Assembly: GCA_964491895.1 (NCBI GenBank)
Contig: CAZBHK010000001.1
Coordinates: 9,870 to 73,869, forward strand
From: an uncultured Pseudomonadota bacterium
GTDB lineage: Bacteria > Babelota > Babeliae > Babelales > UBA12411
DNA length: 64,000 nt
Direction of reading: 5' to 3'
Positions 19,400-27,847 of the stretch are shown piece by piece. Position numbers and translations under genes: made by a program. Positions within the stretch are counted from its first letter, which is position 1; each line of letters begins with the position of its first letter. Under the pieces are notes generated by a model, which did no database searches, had not been told where the DNA came from, and was given only the letters and a program-made list of their open reading frames with translations.

Positions 19400-19400
19400 T
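19028..19400. repeat. 373-nt block identical to 17670..18042 (5' part of AGCS copy B)
   Basis: See the partner repeat. The remainder of the two genes is visibly diverged (many silent and replacement differences). Confidence 0.8.
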
Positions 19401-20139
19401 CAATTTTTCCCTTATAAATAAGTTTTGCATTGGCTGTTAATATTACTTGTTCATTTTTCATTGTGCATGAAAGATCGCCCCCAGACATTCTTATAACACA
19501 ATAATCTAGGTTATCAAATTTATTTAGTGTAGTCATCACTGACAATGCACCAGAGCTACATGAAAGTGTATATCCACAGCCACGTTCATACACAAGCATA
19601 TTATAAGTATTAGGTTCTTCTGATGGCCAAATAAATTCAACATTGGTTCCATTTGAAAAATCGGGGTGTTTTTCTAGAGAACCACCATTAGCTTTTAGCC
19701 AAGTAGGGGTAGTTTCTTGAAAAACAATGAAATGTGGATTAGGTGCATGTACTACATGACCGTTATAACCATTAACGATTTTTTCACACTGGTAGGTTGC
19801 TTTTGAAACGATTGTAGTTATTGATTGATGTTGGATTCGGCATTCAATTTGTTTGCTGCCCATTTCTATAAAGAAGTTATTTGGAAAACTATGATGTGTA
19901 TACAGGTGTTGTGCTAGGCATCTTAGACCGTTAAGACAAAGCTGTCCTAATGAACCATCGGAATTATAAATAATACCTTGAGGTAAACCATTATTAGTAA
20001 GTATTAGTACTCCATCGGCACCTATTCCAAAATTTCTGTCGCAGAGCTTTTTTATATCTGGTAATGGCTGTTGATTATCTTTATAAAAATCTAAAACAAT
20101 AAAATCATTGCCTAGAGATTGATATTTGAAGAATTCCAT
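19384..20139 (-). CDS. dapF: diaminopimelate epimerase
   Basis: MEFFKYQSLGNDFIVLDF, with the two catalytic Cys contexts LNGLRCLAQ and GYTLSCSSGA. 251 aa. Confidence 0.88.
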   Translation of the reverse strand: MEFFKYQSLGNDFIVLDFYKDNQQPLPDIKKLCDRNFGIGADGVLILTNNGLPQGIIYNSDGSLGQLCLNGLRCLAQHLYTHHSFPNNFFIEMGSKQIECRIQHQSITTIVSKATYQCEKIVNGYNGHVVHAPNPHFIVFQETTPTWLKANGGSLEKHPDFSNGTNVEFIWPSEEPNTYNMLVYERGCGYTLSCSSGALSVMTTLNKFDNLDYCVIRMSGGDLSCTMKNEQVILTANAKLIYKGKIDWNNF

Positions 20140-20142
20140 TGC

Positions 20143-21054
20143 TTAGAAATTGAATACCTTGTTTAAGTATGCTCTTCCTGAATCAGCTAGTATAATAACC
20201 ACAATATCATTTTCGGACAATTGTTTTGCTTTTTCTAAGGTCACTTGCATTACTGCACCGCTTGATATACCAATTAAGAGTCCTTTATGTGCAATTTTTT
20301 TTGTAAGTTCAAATATTGGTTCATCTTCAACTGGTACTATTTCGTCTATAACGGATCTATCTAATGTATCACTGATTACATCAACACCAATACCTTCGGC
20401 TTTATATTTTTTAGGGACTGCACTTGAAAGTCTAGATGTTGCAGCATCAACGCCTATTATTTTTATGTTAGGATTTTGTTCTTTGAGGTATTTTCCTACT
20501 CCTGAGATAGTGCCACAGCTACCCATACCGCAGATAAAATGAGTAATTTTGCCATCAGTTTGTTTCCATATTTCCGGACCAGTTGTTGAATAATGTGCTT
20601 TAGGATTGGCAGTGTTATAGTATTGGTTTGGCATGAATGCGCCTGGGATTTTACGTAGTAGTTCTTTTGCCTTGGCGTGGTAACCATTAGGATCTTCTAG
20701 GTTGTCTGTATCGGGGCAAACATAAACTTGTGCACCATATGCTCTTAGTGCACCTATTTTTTCTGTACTAGTTCTATCTGGTACAGTTATTATTACATCA
20801 TAGCCTTTATAGGCACCTATCATTGCTAGAGCTATACCTTGATTGCCGGATGAAGCTTCTATGATTGTACCGCCTGGGTTTAGTAAGCCGATAGTTTCTG
20901 CTTCTTCGATCATAAAAAGAGCAGCACGATCCTTAATGCTTCCCCCTGGATTGAGGTATTCTAGTTTTGCTAATATTTGTGGTTTAGTGCCGAGTTCTAG
21001 TTGAATCATTGGTGTGTTACCAATAAGTTGTAAGATATTTTTATACTTGTTCAT
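20143..21054 (-). CDS. cysteine synthase / CBS-family PLP-dependent enzyme
   Basis: 303 aa. NPGGSIKDRAALFMIEEAE carries the PLP lysine, plus GMGSCGTISGVGKYLK and SSGA motifs. CysK, CysM and CBS cannot be distinguished by eye. Confidence 0.8.
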   Translation of the reverse strand: MNKYKNILQLIGNTPMIQLELGTKPQILAKLEYLNPGGSIKDRAALFMIEEAETIGLLNPGGTIIEASSGNQGIALAMIGAYKGYDVIITVPDRTSTEKIGALRAYGAQVYVCPDTDNLEDPNGYHAKAKELLRKIPGAFMPNQYYNTANPKAHYSTTGPEIWKQTDGKITHFICGMGSCGTISGVGKYLKEQNPNIKIIGVDAATSRLSSAVPKKYKAEGIGVDVISDTLDRSVIDEIVPVEDEPIFELTKKIAHKGLLIGISSGAVMQVTLEKAKQLSENDIVVIILADSGRAYLNKVFNF

Positions 21055-21156
21055 TATAACCCTTTGTTATGCAAAACATTTGTTCTATATGCAGAAGTAT
21101 AGTACATTTATTGCTGATTAGCATTTTAAAAATAATTTTTTTGGAGAAGAATTTTT

Positions 21157-22569
21157 ATGATTCGTGTTCGGTTTGCTCCATCTCCTACGGGCTATATGCA
21201 TTTAGGTAATATAAGAGTGGCATTGTTAAATTATCTATTTGCACGTCAAAAAAATGGCAAATTTATTTTAAGAATTGAGGATACGGATCAAAAAAGAAAC
21301 ATTGATCTTGGAGATCTTAAGATTGTACAAGATCTTGACTGGTTAATGTTGACCTATGATGAGGGTCCAAGGATTGGAGGTCTCTATGCTCCATATCTGC
21401 AATCTGAGCGAACTAATATTTATAAAGAAAAATTACAAGAACTAATAGATGCTAGCAAGGTTTATAGATGTTTTTGTACTGATCAAGAATTAGAGGTTAG
21501 GCGTGCAAGGCAAATAGCCTTAGGGTATCCACCACGTTATGATCGAGCATGCTTAGGAATGTCTGATGATATGATTAAACAAGAGCTTGTCGAAGGTCGA
21601 CTATTCATATGGAGGCTGAAACTTAATGAAAATGCAGTTGTTGAGATTGATACCTTGGAACGTAATAAAATAAAATTTGAACTTAAAAATTTTGGTGATT
21701 TTGCACTTACTCGTTCAGATGAGAGTTTTACTTTTATGTTTTGTAATTTTGTTGATGATTGGTTAATGGCTATAACCCATGTTATAAGAGGAGAGGATCA
21801 TCTTTCTAATACAGCTATGCAGGGAGCTCTTTATGATGCATTTGCTGTGCCACTTCCCAAGTTTTGGCATTTACCAATCTTATGTGGACAGGATGGGAAA
21901 AGACTCTCTAAAAGAGAATTTGGGTTTGCATTAGAAGATTTAAAAAAGGCTGGTTTTTTACCATATGCTATATGTAACTATTTGGCTGTTTCTGGTAGCA
22001 CCTTTAAGGAAGAGATTCAGAGTCTAGATGATTTATCCAAGAATTATAATTTTGATCATATACATTCAACAGGGCATATAAGATATGATGTTGAAAAGCT
22101 CAAATGGTTTAATCATAAATGGATGATGAAGTTAGATAGTCATGATTTAATAGCTTATGTGAGACCATTATTATCTGAAAAATTTTCTGTATTAGATGAT
22201 AATAAATTAATTTATCTTCTAGATAAGGTTAAAAATGATGTTAAAACTTTAGTTGAATTAGAGCCAGAATTGGCCTTTTATGTTAGTGAGCCTAATATGG
22301 AATTTCAGGATTTAGAACAAGAGTTTGGCCTAGAAGCATCTCAAAAGGCACTAAGACTAGTATTAGATAGAATTGAAGATATACAACAACCAGATTATTT
22401 CCTTAACGGTATTAAAAGGGTTGCTAAAGAGATGGGGCTTGACTTGAAGGTCTTATTTGGAGTTTTGAGGTATATGCTTACTGGTAAGTTTCAAGGTCTT
22501 GGAATTAAAGATCTTTTAGAAATTTTAGATACTGAAGTGTTGGTTAATCGTATTAATCGATTTAAATAA
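21157..22569 (+). CDS. gltX: glutamyl-tRNA synthetase
   Basis: VRFAPSPTGYMHLGNIRVALLNYLFAR...ILRIEDTD (HIGH-type motif) and GKRLSKRE (KMSKS-type motif). 470 aa. Confidence 0.93.
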   Translation: MIRVRFAPSPTGYMHLGNIRVALLNYLFARQKNGKFILRIEDTDQKRNIDLGDLKIVQDLDWLMLTYDEGPRIGGLYAPYLQSERTNIYKEKLQELIDASKVYRCFCTDQELEVRRARQIALGYPPRYDRACLGMSDDMIKQELVEGRLFIWRLKLNENAVVEIDTLERNKIKFELKNFGDFALTRSDESFTFMFCNFVDDWLMAITHVIRGEDHLSNTAMQGALYDAFAVPLPKFWHLPILCGQDGKRLSKREFGFALEDLKKAGFLPYAICNYLAVSGSTFKEEIQSLDDLSKNYNFDHIHSTGHIRYDVEKLKWFNHKWMMKLDSHDLIAYVRPLLSEKFSVLDDNKLIYLLDKVKNDVKTLVELEPELAFYVSEPNMEFQDLEQEFGLEASQKALRLVLDRIEDIQQPDYFLNGIKRVAKEMGLDLKVLFGVLRYMLTGKFQGLGIKDLLEILDTEVLVNRINRFK

Positions 22570-22810
22570 GCTTATTATCGATTAATCTGTTTGGTAATTT
22601 TTCTAAGGTTATTACAATGCCACCTTTTTGGAATAATTCCATAAAATAGAGAAATTCTTCTTCAAAGTCTGGTATAACAAAAAATTCAAGAATATCATTG
22701 TTTTTATCAAGGGTTCTATCAAAAACCCAGTTTTCTTCATTTTTTAAAATACCGGTAACAAACCATAACTTATTGCGTAGAATTTTAGCTTTATAGTATG
22801 AACAATACAT
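22562..22810 (-). CDS. hypothetical small protein
   Basis: 82-aa ORF overlapping the gltX stop by 8 nt (convergent). No motif recognised; coding status rests on ORF length only. Confidence 0.4.
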   Translation of the reverse strand: MYCSYYKAKILRNKLWFVTGILKNEENWVFDRTLDKNNDILEFFVIPDFEEEFLYFMELFQKGGIVITLEKLPNRLIDNKLI

Positions 22811-22883
22811 AATAATCCCTCACTTTTACTTTATATCATTTTTATCAAAAATCCCAGTCTCTTTATAATTATTTTTAATAATA

Positions 22884-22913
22884 TTGACTATTTGAAATAA
22901 TATCATGTAATCT
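22884..22913 (+). promoter_or_regulatory. candidate sigma70-type promoter of the structured RNA
   Basis: TTGACT (22884-22889), an 18-nt spacer, then TAATCT (22908-22913). The alternative is TTGAAA (22892) with TATAGT (22916). Both would start transcription at about 22920-22930. Confidence 0.35.
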
Positions 22914-22927
22914 GAATATAGTTAGAA

Positions 22928-23139
22928 AATAACGAAGTGGTTACACAGTCTACCTCGTGTAGTTGAAGGGTGTAATAATCCGCTATCTTGACCACTTTGT
23001 GAAAAATCGGGGGCGATTATAAGGTCTGCCTTGTGCAGCTAAAGAGGCGTAAGAAGCCTGCTATAATAGTCACTCTCGTCTAGTTGATCGTAGGGCTAAG
23101 GCAACTGTTTTCTTTTGTAAGACAGTTGCCTATTATTTT
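22928..23139 (+). ncRNA. unclassified structured leader RNA / sRNA with three homologous modules and an intrinsic terminator
   Basis: A locally GC-enriched stretch in a 404-bp AT-rich divergent intergenic region. A 10-bp helix 22932-41/22991-23000 encloses module 1 (22953-75). A 6-bp helix 23016-21/23062-67 encloses module 2 (23029-52, about 18/23 identical to module 1). Module 3 (23073-99) abuts the terminator stem. Confidence 0.6.
23100..23139 (+). terminator. intrinsic terminator of the leader RNA
   Basis: GGCAACTGT (23100-08) pairs with ACAGTTGCC (23122-30), followed by TATTATTTT. It lies 75 nt upstream of the transporter start codon. Confidence 0.7.
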
Positions 23140-23214
23140 GTTCCAGGCTGGCAATTTTTTTAAAACTTTCATATAATCAAAGTTTAACTTCTTTAAAGAT
23201 AATGAGAGTTTATT

Positions 23215-24390
23215 GTGAAAAAAATATCTTTGCCAGTACGGCTGGTCATAGTTCTATTATTTGTTTTTATTTTTGGTAGCTATGTTAATAAAGAATTGAT
23301 TCGTGTATTTTATACGTTTAGCCTAGCCTTTAAGGAATTGTTAAGTTTATTTTTACCATTTATTGTTTTCTTTTTTATTGCCGCGGGTATTTTATCATTT
23401 AAGAAGAATGCTGCTAAGGTTTTATTTTTTATAATGACCTCTATCATTCTTTCTAATACTTTAGTAGCTATGTTTACCTATGGGGTGAGTTGTTTTACCT
23501 TATCTTTTATCACTAAAGGGATAGATGTAAAAGAGCTTTTATATCCTGGTGACAATATAAAACCATTTTTTAAGTTACCAGCATTATCAGATATTGTTTC
23601 GCTATATACCTTATATATTATGCTTTTAGCATTAGCTATAGGTTTAATATTATCATTTACAAATTTCCTTAGAATTGAAAAATTTATTCAAAATGGAAAA
23701 AAGATAGTAGAAAATATTTTGAATAAGGGTTTTATCCCATTCATTCCAGTTTATGTTATTGGTTTTTTATTGGAGATAAAATATAGGGGTGGTTTCATGA
23801 TGCTCTTCCAATCTTATGGAAAAGCATTTGCTCTTATGGTGTTAATGCATTGGGTTTATTTATTCATGGTGTATGTAGTAGCCAGTGGTTTTAATATTAG
23901 TGAGGCTTTATTATACATAAAGACATCTATGGCAAGTTATTTAACTGCATTTAGTACTATGTCTAGTACTGCTACTATTCCTGTTACTACAAAATGTGCA
24001 GAGCAAAATACTGGTAATGCAGGTCTTGCAGCAGTTGCTTCACCTATTATGGCAAATGTTCATTTGATAGGAGACGGTATTTCTACTCCTATTTTATCCT
24101 TAGTAAGTATGTCTATTTTTTTAGGCTTTATTCCAGGTATTGAGCAATATTTGAAATTTGTATTTTATTTTTGTTTAACAATGCTTGCCACTTCAGGTGT
24201 TCCTGGAGGTGGTGTTATTGCTGTTATTCCAGTTTTAAAATCTGTCTTAGGATTTACTCCAGAGATGGTAAGTGTTATGTTGACTCTCTATTTTCTACAA
24301 GATTCTTTTGGTACTGCAGCCAATGTTATGGGAGATGGAGCGTTAATGATTATAGTTAATAAGTGGCTTAAACGTTTTAAAATTTTTTAA
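23215..24390 (+). CDS. dicarboxylate/amino acid:cation symporter (DAACS family)
   Basis: 391 aa, polytopic. AFSTMSSTATIPVTTKCAE, SGVPGGGVIAV and QDSFGTAANVMGDGA match the SDF/DAACS signatures. GTG start preceded by GAGAG. Confidence 0.85.
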   Translation: MKKISLPVRLVIVLLFVFIFGSYVNKELIRVFYTFSLAFKELLSLFLPFIVFFFIAAGILSFKKNAAKVLFFIMTSIILSNTLVAMFTYGVSCFTLSFITKGIDVKELLYPGDNIKPFFKLPALSDIVSLYTLYIMLLALAIGLILSFTNFLRIEKFIQNGKKIVENILNKGFIPFIPVYVIGFLLEIKYRGGFMMLFQSYGKAFALMVLMHWVYLFMVYVVASGFNISEALLYIKTSMASYLTAFSTMSSTATIPVTTKCAEQNTGNAGLAAVASPIMANVHLIGDGISTPILSLVSMSIFLGFIPGIEQYLKFVFYFCLTMLATSGVPGGGVIAVIPVLKSVLGFTPEMVSVMLTLYFLQDSFGTAANVMGDGALMIIVNKWLKRFKIF

Positions 24391-24423
24391 TTTTAGCAGC
24401 AATTATTTTTGAAAGGACTTTTT

Positions 24424-25623
24424 ATGAAAAAAGAAGGTAAAATTGGTTTAGGTGCAGCGGCTGTTATAGGTATTAATGCTATGATAGGAGCAGGGGTTGT
24501 TGGTATGCCTGCAGTTATATTAGCTTCTGGTTCAGGTCCTGCAGGAATTTTGGGTTATACATTAACAATAGTGATTGCGATATTTATTGGGCTATCTATA
24601 GCCAATGTTGCAGAAATATATCCAGAAAAGGCATGGAGCTATGCTTACGCTGCTAGATGGGGTGGCCATACAGTTGGTATGGTTTCTGCATGGTGTTATG
24701 TGATTGGTGTGCTTATTGCAATGGGTTTTATAGCACAACAAACAGGTGTTTGGGTACATGATTATTTTTTACCAAATACTAATCCACAGTTAATAGGAGC
24801 ATTGATTTTAGTGATTCTTGCTGGACTAGTATTAGCTGGAGCAGAAGCTTCATCATTCGGTCAATATATTATTGTTGCTTTTGTATTGATACCACTTATT
24901 ATTACTAGTTTTATTTGTTGGTTAAATTTGAATCCTATTGTTGTTCAAAATTTTTCGATTGTTGATATTAGGATAGGTTCGGTATTTTCTATAGCATCAA
25001 CAGCCTTGTATACACTTATGGGTTTTGAAAGTATTGCTTCTTTATATTCGTCTATTAAGAATCCTAAGAAAAATGTTTCACGGGCATGTGTTATTTCTAT
25101 TTTGATAGTTGGAAGTTTATATATGTTTTTTGCCAGTGGGGTTTTGTTATCAATACCTGAAGCTTTTTTTATTAATGGTTTAGATCAGAGCTTGGCAAGT
25201 ATCATATCTCAGGCATTTCCTAAGTTTACATATTTATCCACCTTACTTTTAATTGGTGGATTATTTGCAATGATAGGAACATTACATTCTATGATATGGT
25301 CATTGAGTTCTTTATTAACTGATGTGTTAGAAAAATCTAATTCAAAAGTTGTTAAAAATCTTTTGAGAGAAAAAGTTTGGAATAATACAATTTCTATATT
25401 GGTAACATCAGGCGTTATTATGTTAACAGCATTATTTATAAAACCTGGTACAATTCTTTCTGCTACGGTTATTTTTATTGCATTAACATATGCGTTATCT
25501 TCAAGTTTATTATTTTTTGAAAAAAAGGCATGGTTATCAGGTAAAAACATTATTACTTTATTGGCTGTTTCTGGGTGTTTAGCAATGATGTATTTTGCAT
25601 TTAGTGAAATTATTGCTTTGTAA
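24424..25623 (+). CDS. APC-superfamily amino acid permease
   Basis: About 400 aa with about 12 hydrophobic segments and an N-terminal GINAMIGAGVVGMP motif typical of APC permeases. ATG at 24424 is preferred over the listed TTG at 24409. Confidence 0.65.
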   Translation: MKKEGKIGLGAAAVIGINAMIGAGVVGMPAVILASGSGPAGILGYTLTIVIAIFIGLSIANVAEIYPEKAWSYAYAARWGGHTVGMVSAWCYVIGVLIAMGFIAQQTGVWVHDYFLPNTNPQLIGALILVILAGLVLAGAEASSFGQYIIVAFVLIPLIITSFICWLNLNPIVVQNFSIVDIRIGSVFSIASTALYTLMGFESIASLYSSIKNPKKNVSRACVISILIVGSLYMFFASGVLLSIPEAFFINGLDQSLASIISQAFPKFTYLSTLLLIGGLFAMIGTLHSMIWSLSSLLTDVLEKSNSKVVKNLLREKVWNNTISILVTSGVIMLTALFIKPGTILSATVIFIALTYALSSSLLFFEKKAWLSGKNIITLLAVSGCLAMMYFAFSEIIAL

Positions 25624-25683
25624 TTATTATATTTTATTGGTCAGAGTAGCATAAGTCTTTTTGGCCAATTTTATTCTTTAAAA

Positions 25684-25713
25684 TTGACCATTGGCATCTT
25701 ATCATGGTATAAA
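25684..25713 (+). promoter_or_regulatory. candidate extended -10 promoter of the OMP gene
   Basis: TTGACC (25684-89), an 18-nt spacer, then TGgTATAAA (25705-13). Confidence 0.4.
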
Positions 25714-25760
25714 CAAAGTTGGAGGTTATAAATTAAGTATAAAAAAGAGGAGAACCTACT

Positions 25761-27146
25761 GTGCGTATCTGCACTAATAAAAAATATTTATTTTTTTTAA
25801 TTTTTATCTCAGGATCATGTTTTTCCGCACCTGTTAATATGTACAATGATCCGGTTGTTTTCCATAATATAAATGGAATAAACCCTTTTCCTCCACAGGC
25901 GAAAAAGAGAATGCATAGTATTGATTTTGCTCCATTTTATCAATCTTCCAATAATGCTAAAAATATTCATGGCGAGAAGGTACCAGCAGGAGATAGAATT
26001 GGTCGTTGGAATATGCTTGGGCTATTACAAGGTCAGGCTGCTGCTTCTGGTAATTTAAATAGTGTCCAACCAGCTGGTTTTTTAGGAGATTTAACACCTA
26101 CTTTAAGTACGGCTATTTTAGAATTAAATCGTGTTCCAGGCCAAGGAAATAACTATTTGGATGAAAATTTTAGTGATAGTACACATACATTTGGATATTA
26201 TTCTGTTCCTTTGGATTATGAAAAAGTTGGTGTGCGAGGCAATATAACCTTTAATTTAATGGATAATTTAAGTTTTAGTATTAAGGGTGGTTTTGCTTAT
26301 TATAAACAAAGTCCAATTTTTAATGATTTAACCAATATTTCTACTAATTATAGTTTTTCAGATCTTGATATAGCGTTGACGCAGACCTTTCTTGATATAG
26401 CGTTGACGCAGACCTTATTGATGTTGGATGGTAAGCGTCAGGCGATTGCTAATGAGATAGGTCTTAACCTTGATTCATATTCAGCAACAGGTTTTGAAGA
26501 TATTTATCTTTCTATACTTTGGAATGAACGTTTTGGTATGGATGATGATGAAGGTAATCATGTAGTTACAGTTGTTCCTTATTTAGAAGCAGGTGTTTGG
26601 ATACCAACTGGTGAGAAAAAGGATCAAAATATAGCTTTTTCATTACCCATGGGTAATGATGGATTTTGGGCATTTACGGCAGCTGGAGGTCTTAATTTTG
26701 ATTTCATAGATTCACTTTATGTAGGTTTTGGTGGAAATATATCGATTTTTAATGATCAAATACAAAGAAACTATAGGGTTCCTTCAAGTAATAAGCAGAG
26801 TGCAATATATCCCTGGAAGACAACAATTAAGAAAAGGCCAGGTATAAGCTGGAATTTACATGCTGGGGCTAAGGCAGAGAATTTTGTTGAGTTCTTATCT
26901 CTATATGTTAATTATATATATTCAAGGCATGAGAAGGACAATATATCTGTTTTAAATTATGCTTCCTTGTTTAAGCCAGATAAGCTAGAATATGAGTCTG
27001 TATGGTCTAGCCAGAATGTGCATGCTGGTTTTGAATATAAGGTTACAAAGAACTTGTGTTTTGGAGTAGCTATTCAGTTTCCGATTACTGGAAAGCAAGT
27101 CTATAAGACAGTTACTTTACAGGGTGATCTTAGATTTAATTTCTAA
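25761..27146 (+). CDS. putative outer-membrane beta-barrel protein (porin-like)
   Basis: 461 aa. GTG start with an AAGAGGAG SD sequence and a signal peptide (LFFLIFISGSCFSAP). Gly/aromatic-rich alternating segments and the C-terminal ...LRFNF (terminal Phe) are typical of OMPs. Confidence 0.6.
   Translation: MRICTNKKYLFFLIFISGSCFSAPVNMYNDPVVFHNINGINPFPPQAKKRMHSIDFAPFYQSSNNAKNIHGEKVPAGDRIGRWNMLGLLQGQAAASGNLNSVQPAGFLGDLTPTLSTAILELNRVPGQGNNYLDENFSDSTHTFGYYSVPLDYEKVGVRGNITFNLMDNLSFSIKGGFAYYKQSPIFNDLTNISTNYSFSDLDIALTQTFLDIALTQTLLMLDGKRQAIANEIGLNLDSYSATGFEDIYLSILWNERFGMDDDEGNHVVTVVPYLEAGVWIPTGEKKDQNIAFSLPMGNDGFWAFTAAGGLNFDFIDSLYVGFGGNISIFNDQIQRNYRVPSSNKQSAIYPWKTTIKKRPGISWNLHAGAKAENFVEFLSLYVNYIYSRHEKDNISVLNYASLFKPDKLEYESVWSSQNVHAGFEYKVTKNLCFGVAIQFPITGKQVYKTVTLQGDLRFNF
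26364..26417 (+). repeat. 27-bp in-frame tandem duplication (x2) inside the OMP gene
   Basis: cttgatatagcgttgacgcagaccttt followed by cttgatatagcgttgacgcagacctta (26/27 identical), encoding LDIALTQTF / LDIALTQTL. Confidence 0.95.
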
Positions 27147-27257
27147 GTGGGCATATAAAAGCGGATTTTTTTGACAAAAATCAGATTTTTCGTATATTTT
27201 ATATACTCTGATGGAGTGTATAATATTAACCAAAGTATCGTAGGATGGTGTTTTTTA

Positions 27258-27470
27258 ATGGCCAAAAAAAAATATAACGTAGAAGTTAGGGTTATTGGGA
27301 ACATAGAGCGTTCTCTTAGACAACTCAAAAAAAGAGTAGAACGCGAGGGTGTTGTTAGAGATATGAAGCGTCAAGTTTACTTTGAACCGCCAACACAAAA
27401 AAGACGTAAAAAGCTTATGAGAGCGATCAAGAATAACTTTATTAAAAATCAAATGGCTGAGAATATATAG
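27258..27470 (+). CDS. rpsU: 30S ribosomal protein S21
   Basis: MAKKKYNVEVRVIGNIERSLRQLKKRVEREGVVRDMKRQVYFEPPTQKRRKK matches the S21 consensus. The internal ATG at 27258 is used; the upstream 29 codons of the listed ORF look non-coding. Confidence 0.9.
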   Translation: MAKKKYNVEVRVIGNIERSLRQLKKRVEREGVVRDMKRQVYFEPPTQKRRKKLMRAIKNNFIKNQMAENI

Positions 27471-27484
27471 TTTTTAAGGGGATA

Positions 27485-27847
27485 ATGACACACGCTAGAG
27501 ACATAAAACAGGAAAAGCGTAAAGCATTTTTCTTAAGAGAGATTTCTCAATTGATTTATGAGCTTGCTAAGGATGAGCCGGCTCTTCTAGATGTTGTTAT
27601 AACTAAGATTGATTTTTCGCCTGGAGATGGTATGTGTTATGTGTTTTTCTCATCTCATTTAGGTAAGGAAGCCTATATGAAAGCGTTGGATCTTTTGAAG
27701 TTATATAAGCCCTCTCTTAGAACTGCTCTTTCAAAGATTAGAGAAGCCAGGTATGTTCCAGATATAAGATTTTTTTATGATGAGTCTATGGAGAAATCTA
27801 GACGCATTGACGAACTATTAGATCAAGCTAAAAAAGAAATTAAATGA
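27485..27847 (+). CDS. rbfA: ribosome-binding factor A
   Basis: 120 aa. The sequence ...ITKIDFSPGDGMCYVFFSS... and LRTALSKIREARYVPDIRFFYDESMEKSRRIDELL match RbfA conserved blocks. Confidence 0.8.
   Translation: MTHARDIKQEKRKAFFLREISQLIYELAKDEPALLDVVITKIDFSPGDGMCYVFFSSHLGKEAYMKALDLLKLYKPSLRTALSKIREARYVPDIRFFYDESMEKSRRIDELLDQAKKEIK

Noticed and set aside
22928-23139. Tried to assign the structured RNA to a known class: tandem glycine riboswitch, T-box, c-di-AMP (ydaO), SRP RNA, 6S RNA, tmRNA or RNase P RNA.
   Set aside because: The hallmark strings I remember are absent or out of order: glycine GGAGAG...ACCGAAGGGGCAA...CTCAGG; T-box GGTGGTACCGCG; SRP GGAAGCAGC next to a GGAA loop; the tmRNA/tRNA-like 3' end; RNase P GAGGAAAGTCC. 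A few short k-mers (CAGCTAA, CGTAAG, GTAGGGC) recall ydaO but do not occur in the ydaO order. The element is left unclassified pending cmscan.
27171-27257. N-terminal extension of rpsU (listed ORF starts at 27171), and antisense ORFs 27143..27328 and 27255..27452.
   Set aside because: S21 homology begins at MAKKKYNVEV (ATG 27258). The upstream 29 codons (MTKIRFFVYFIYSDGVY...) look like translated AT-rich spacer.
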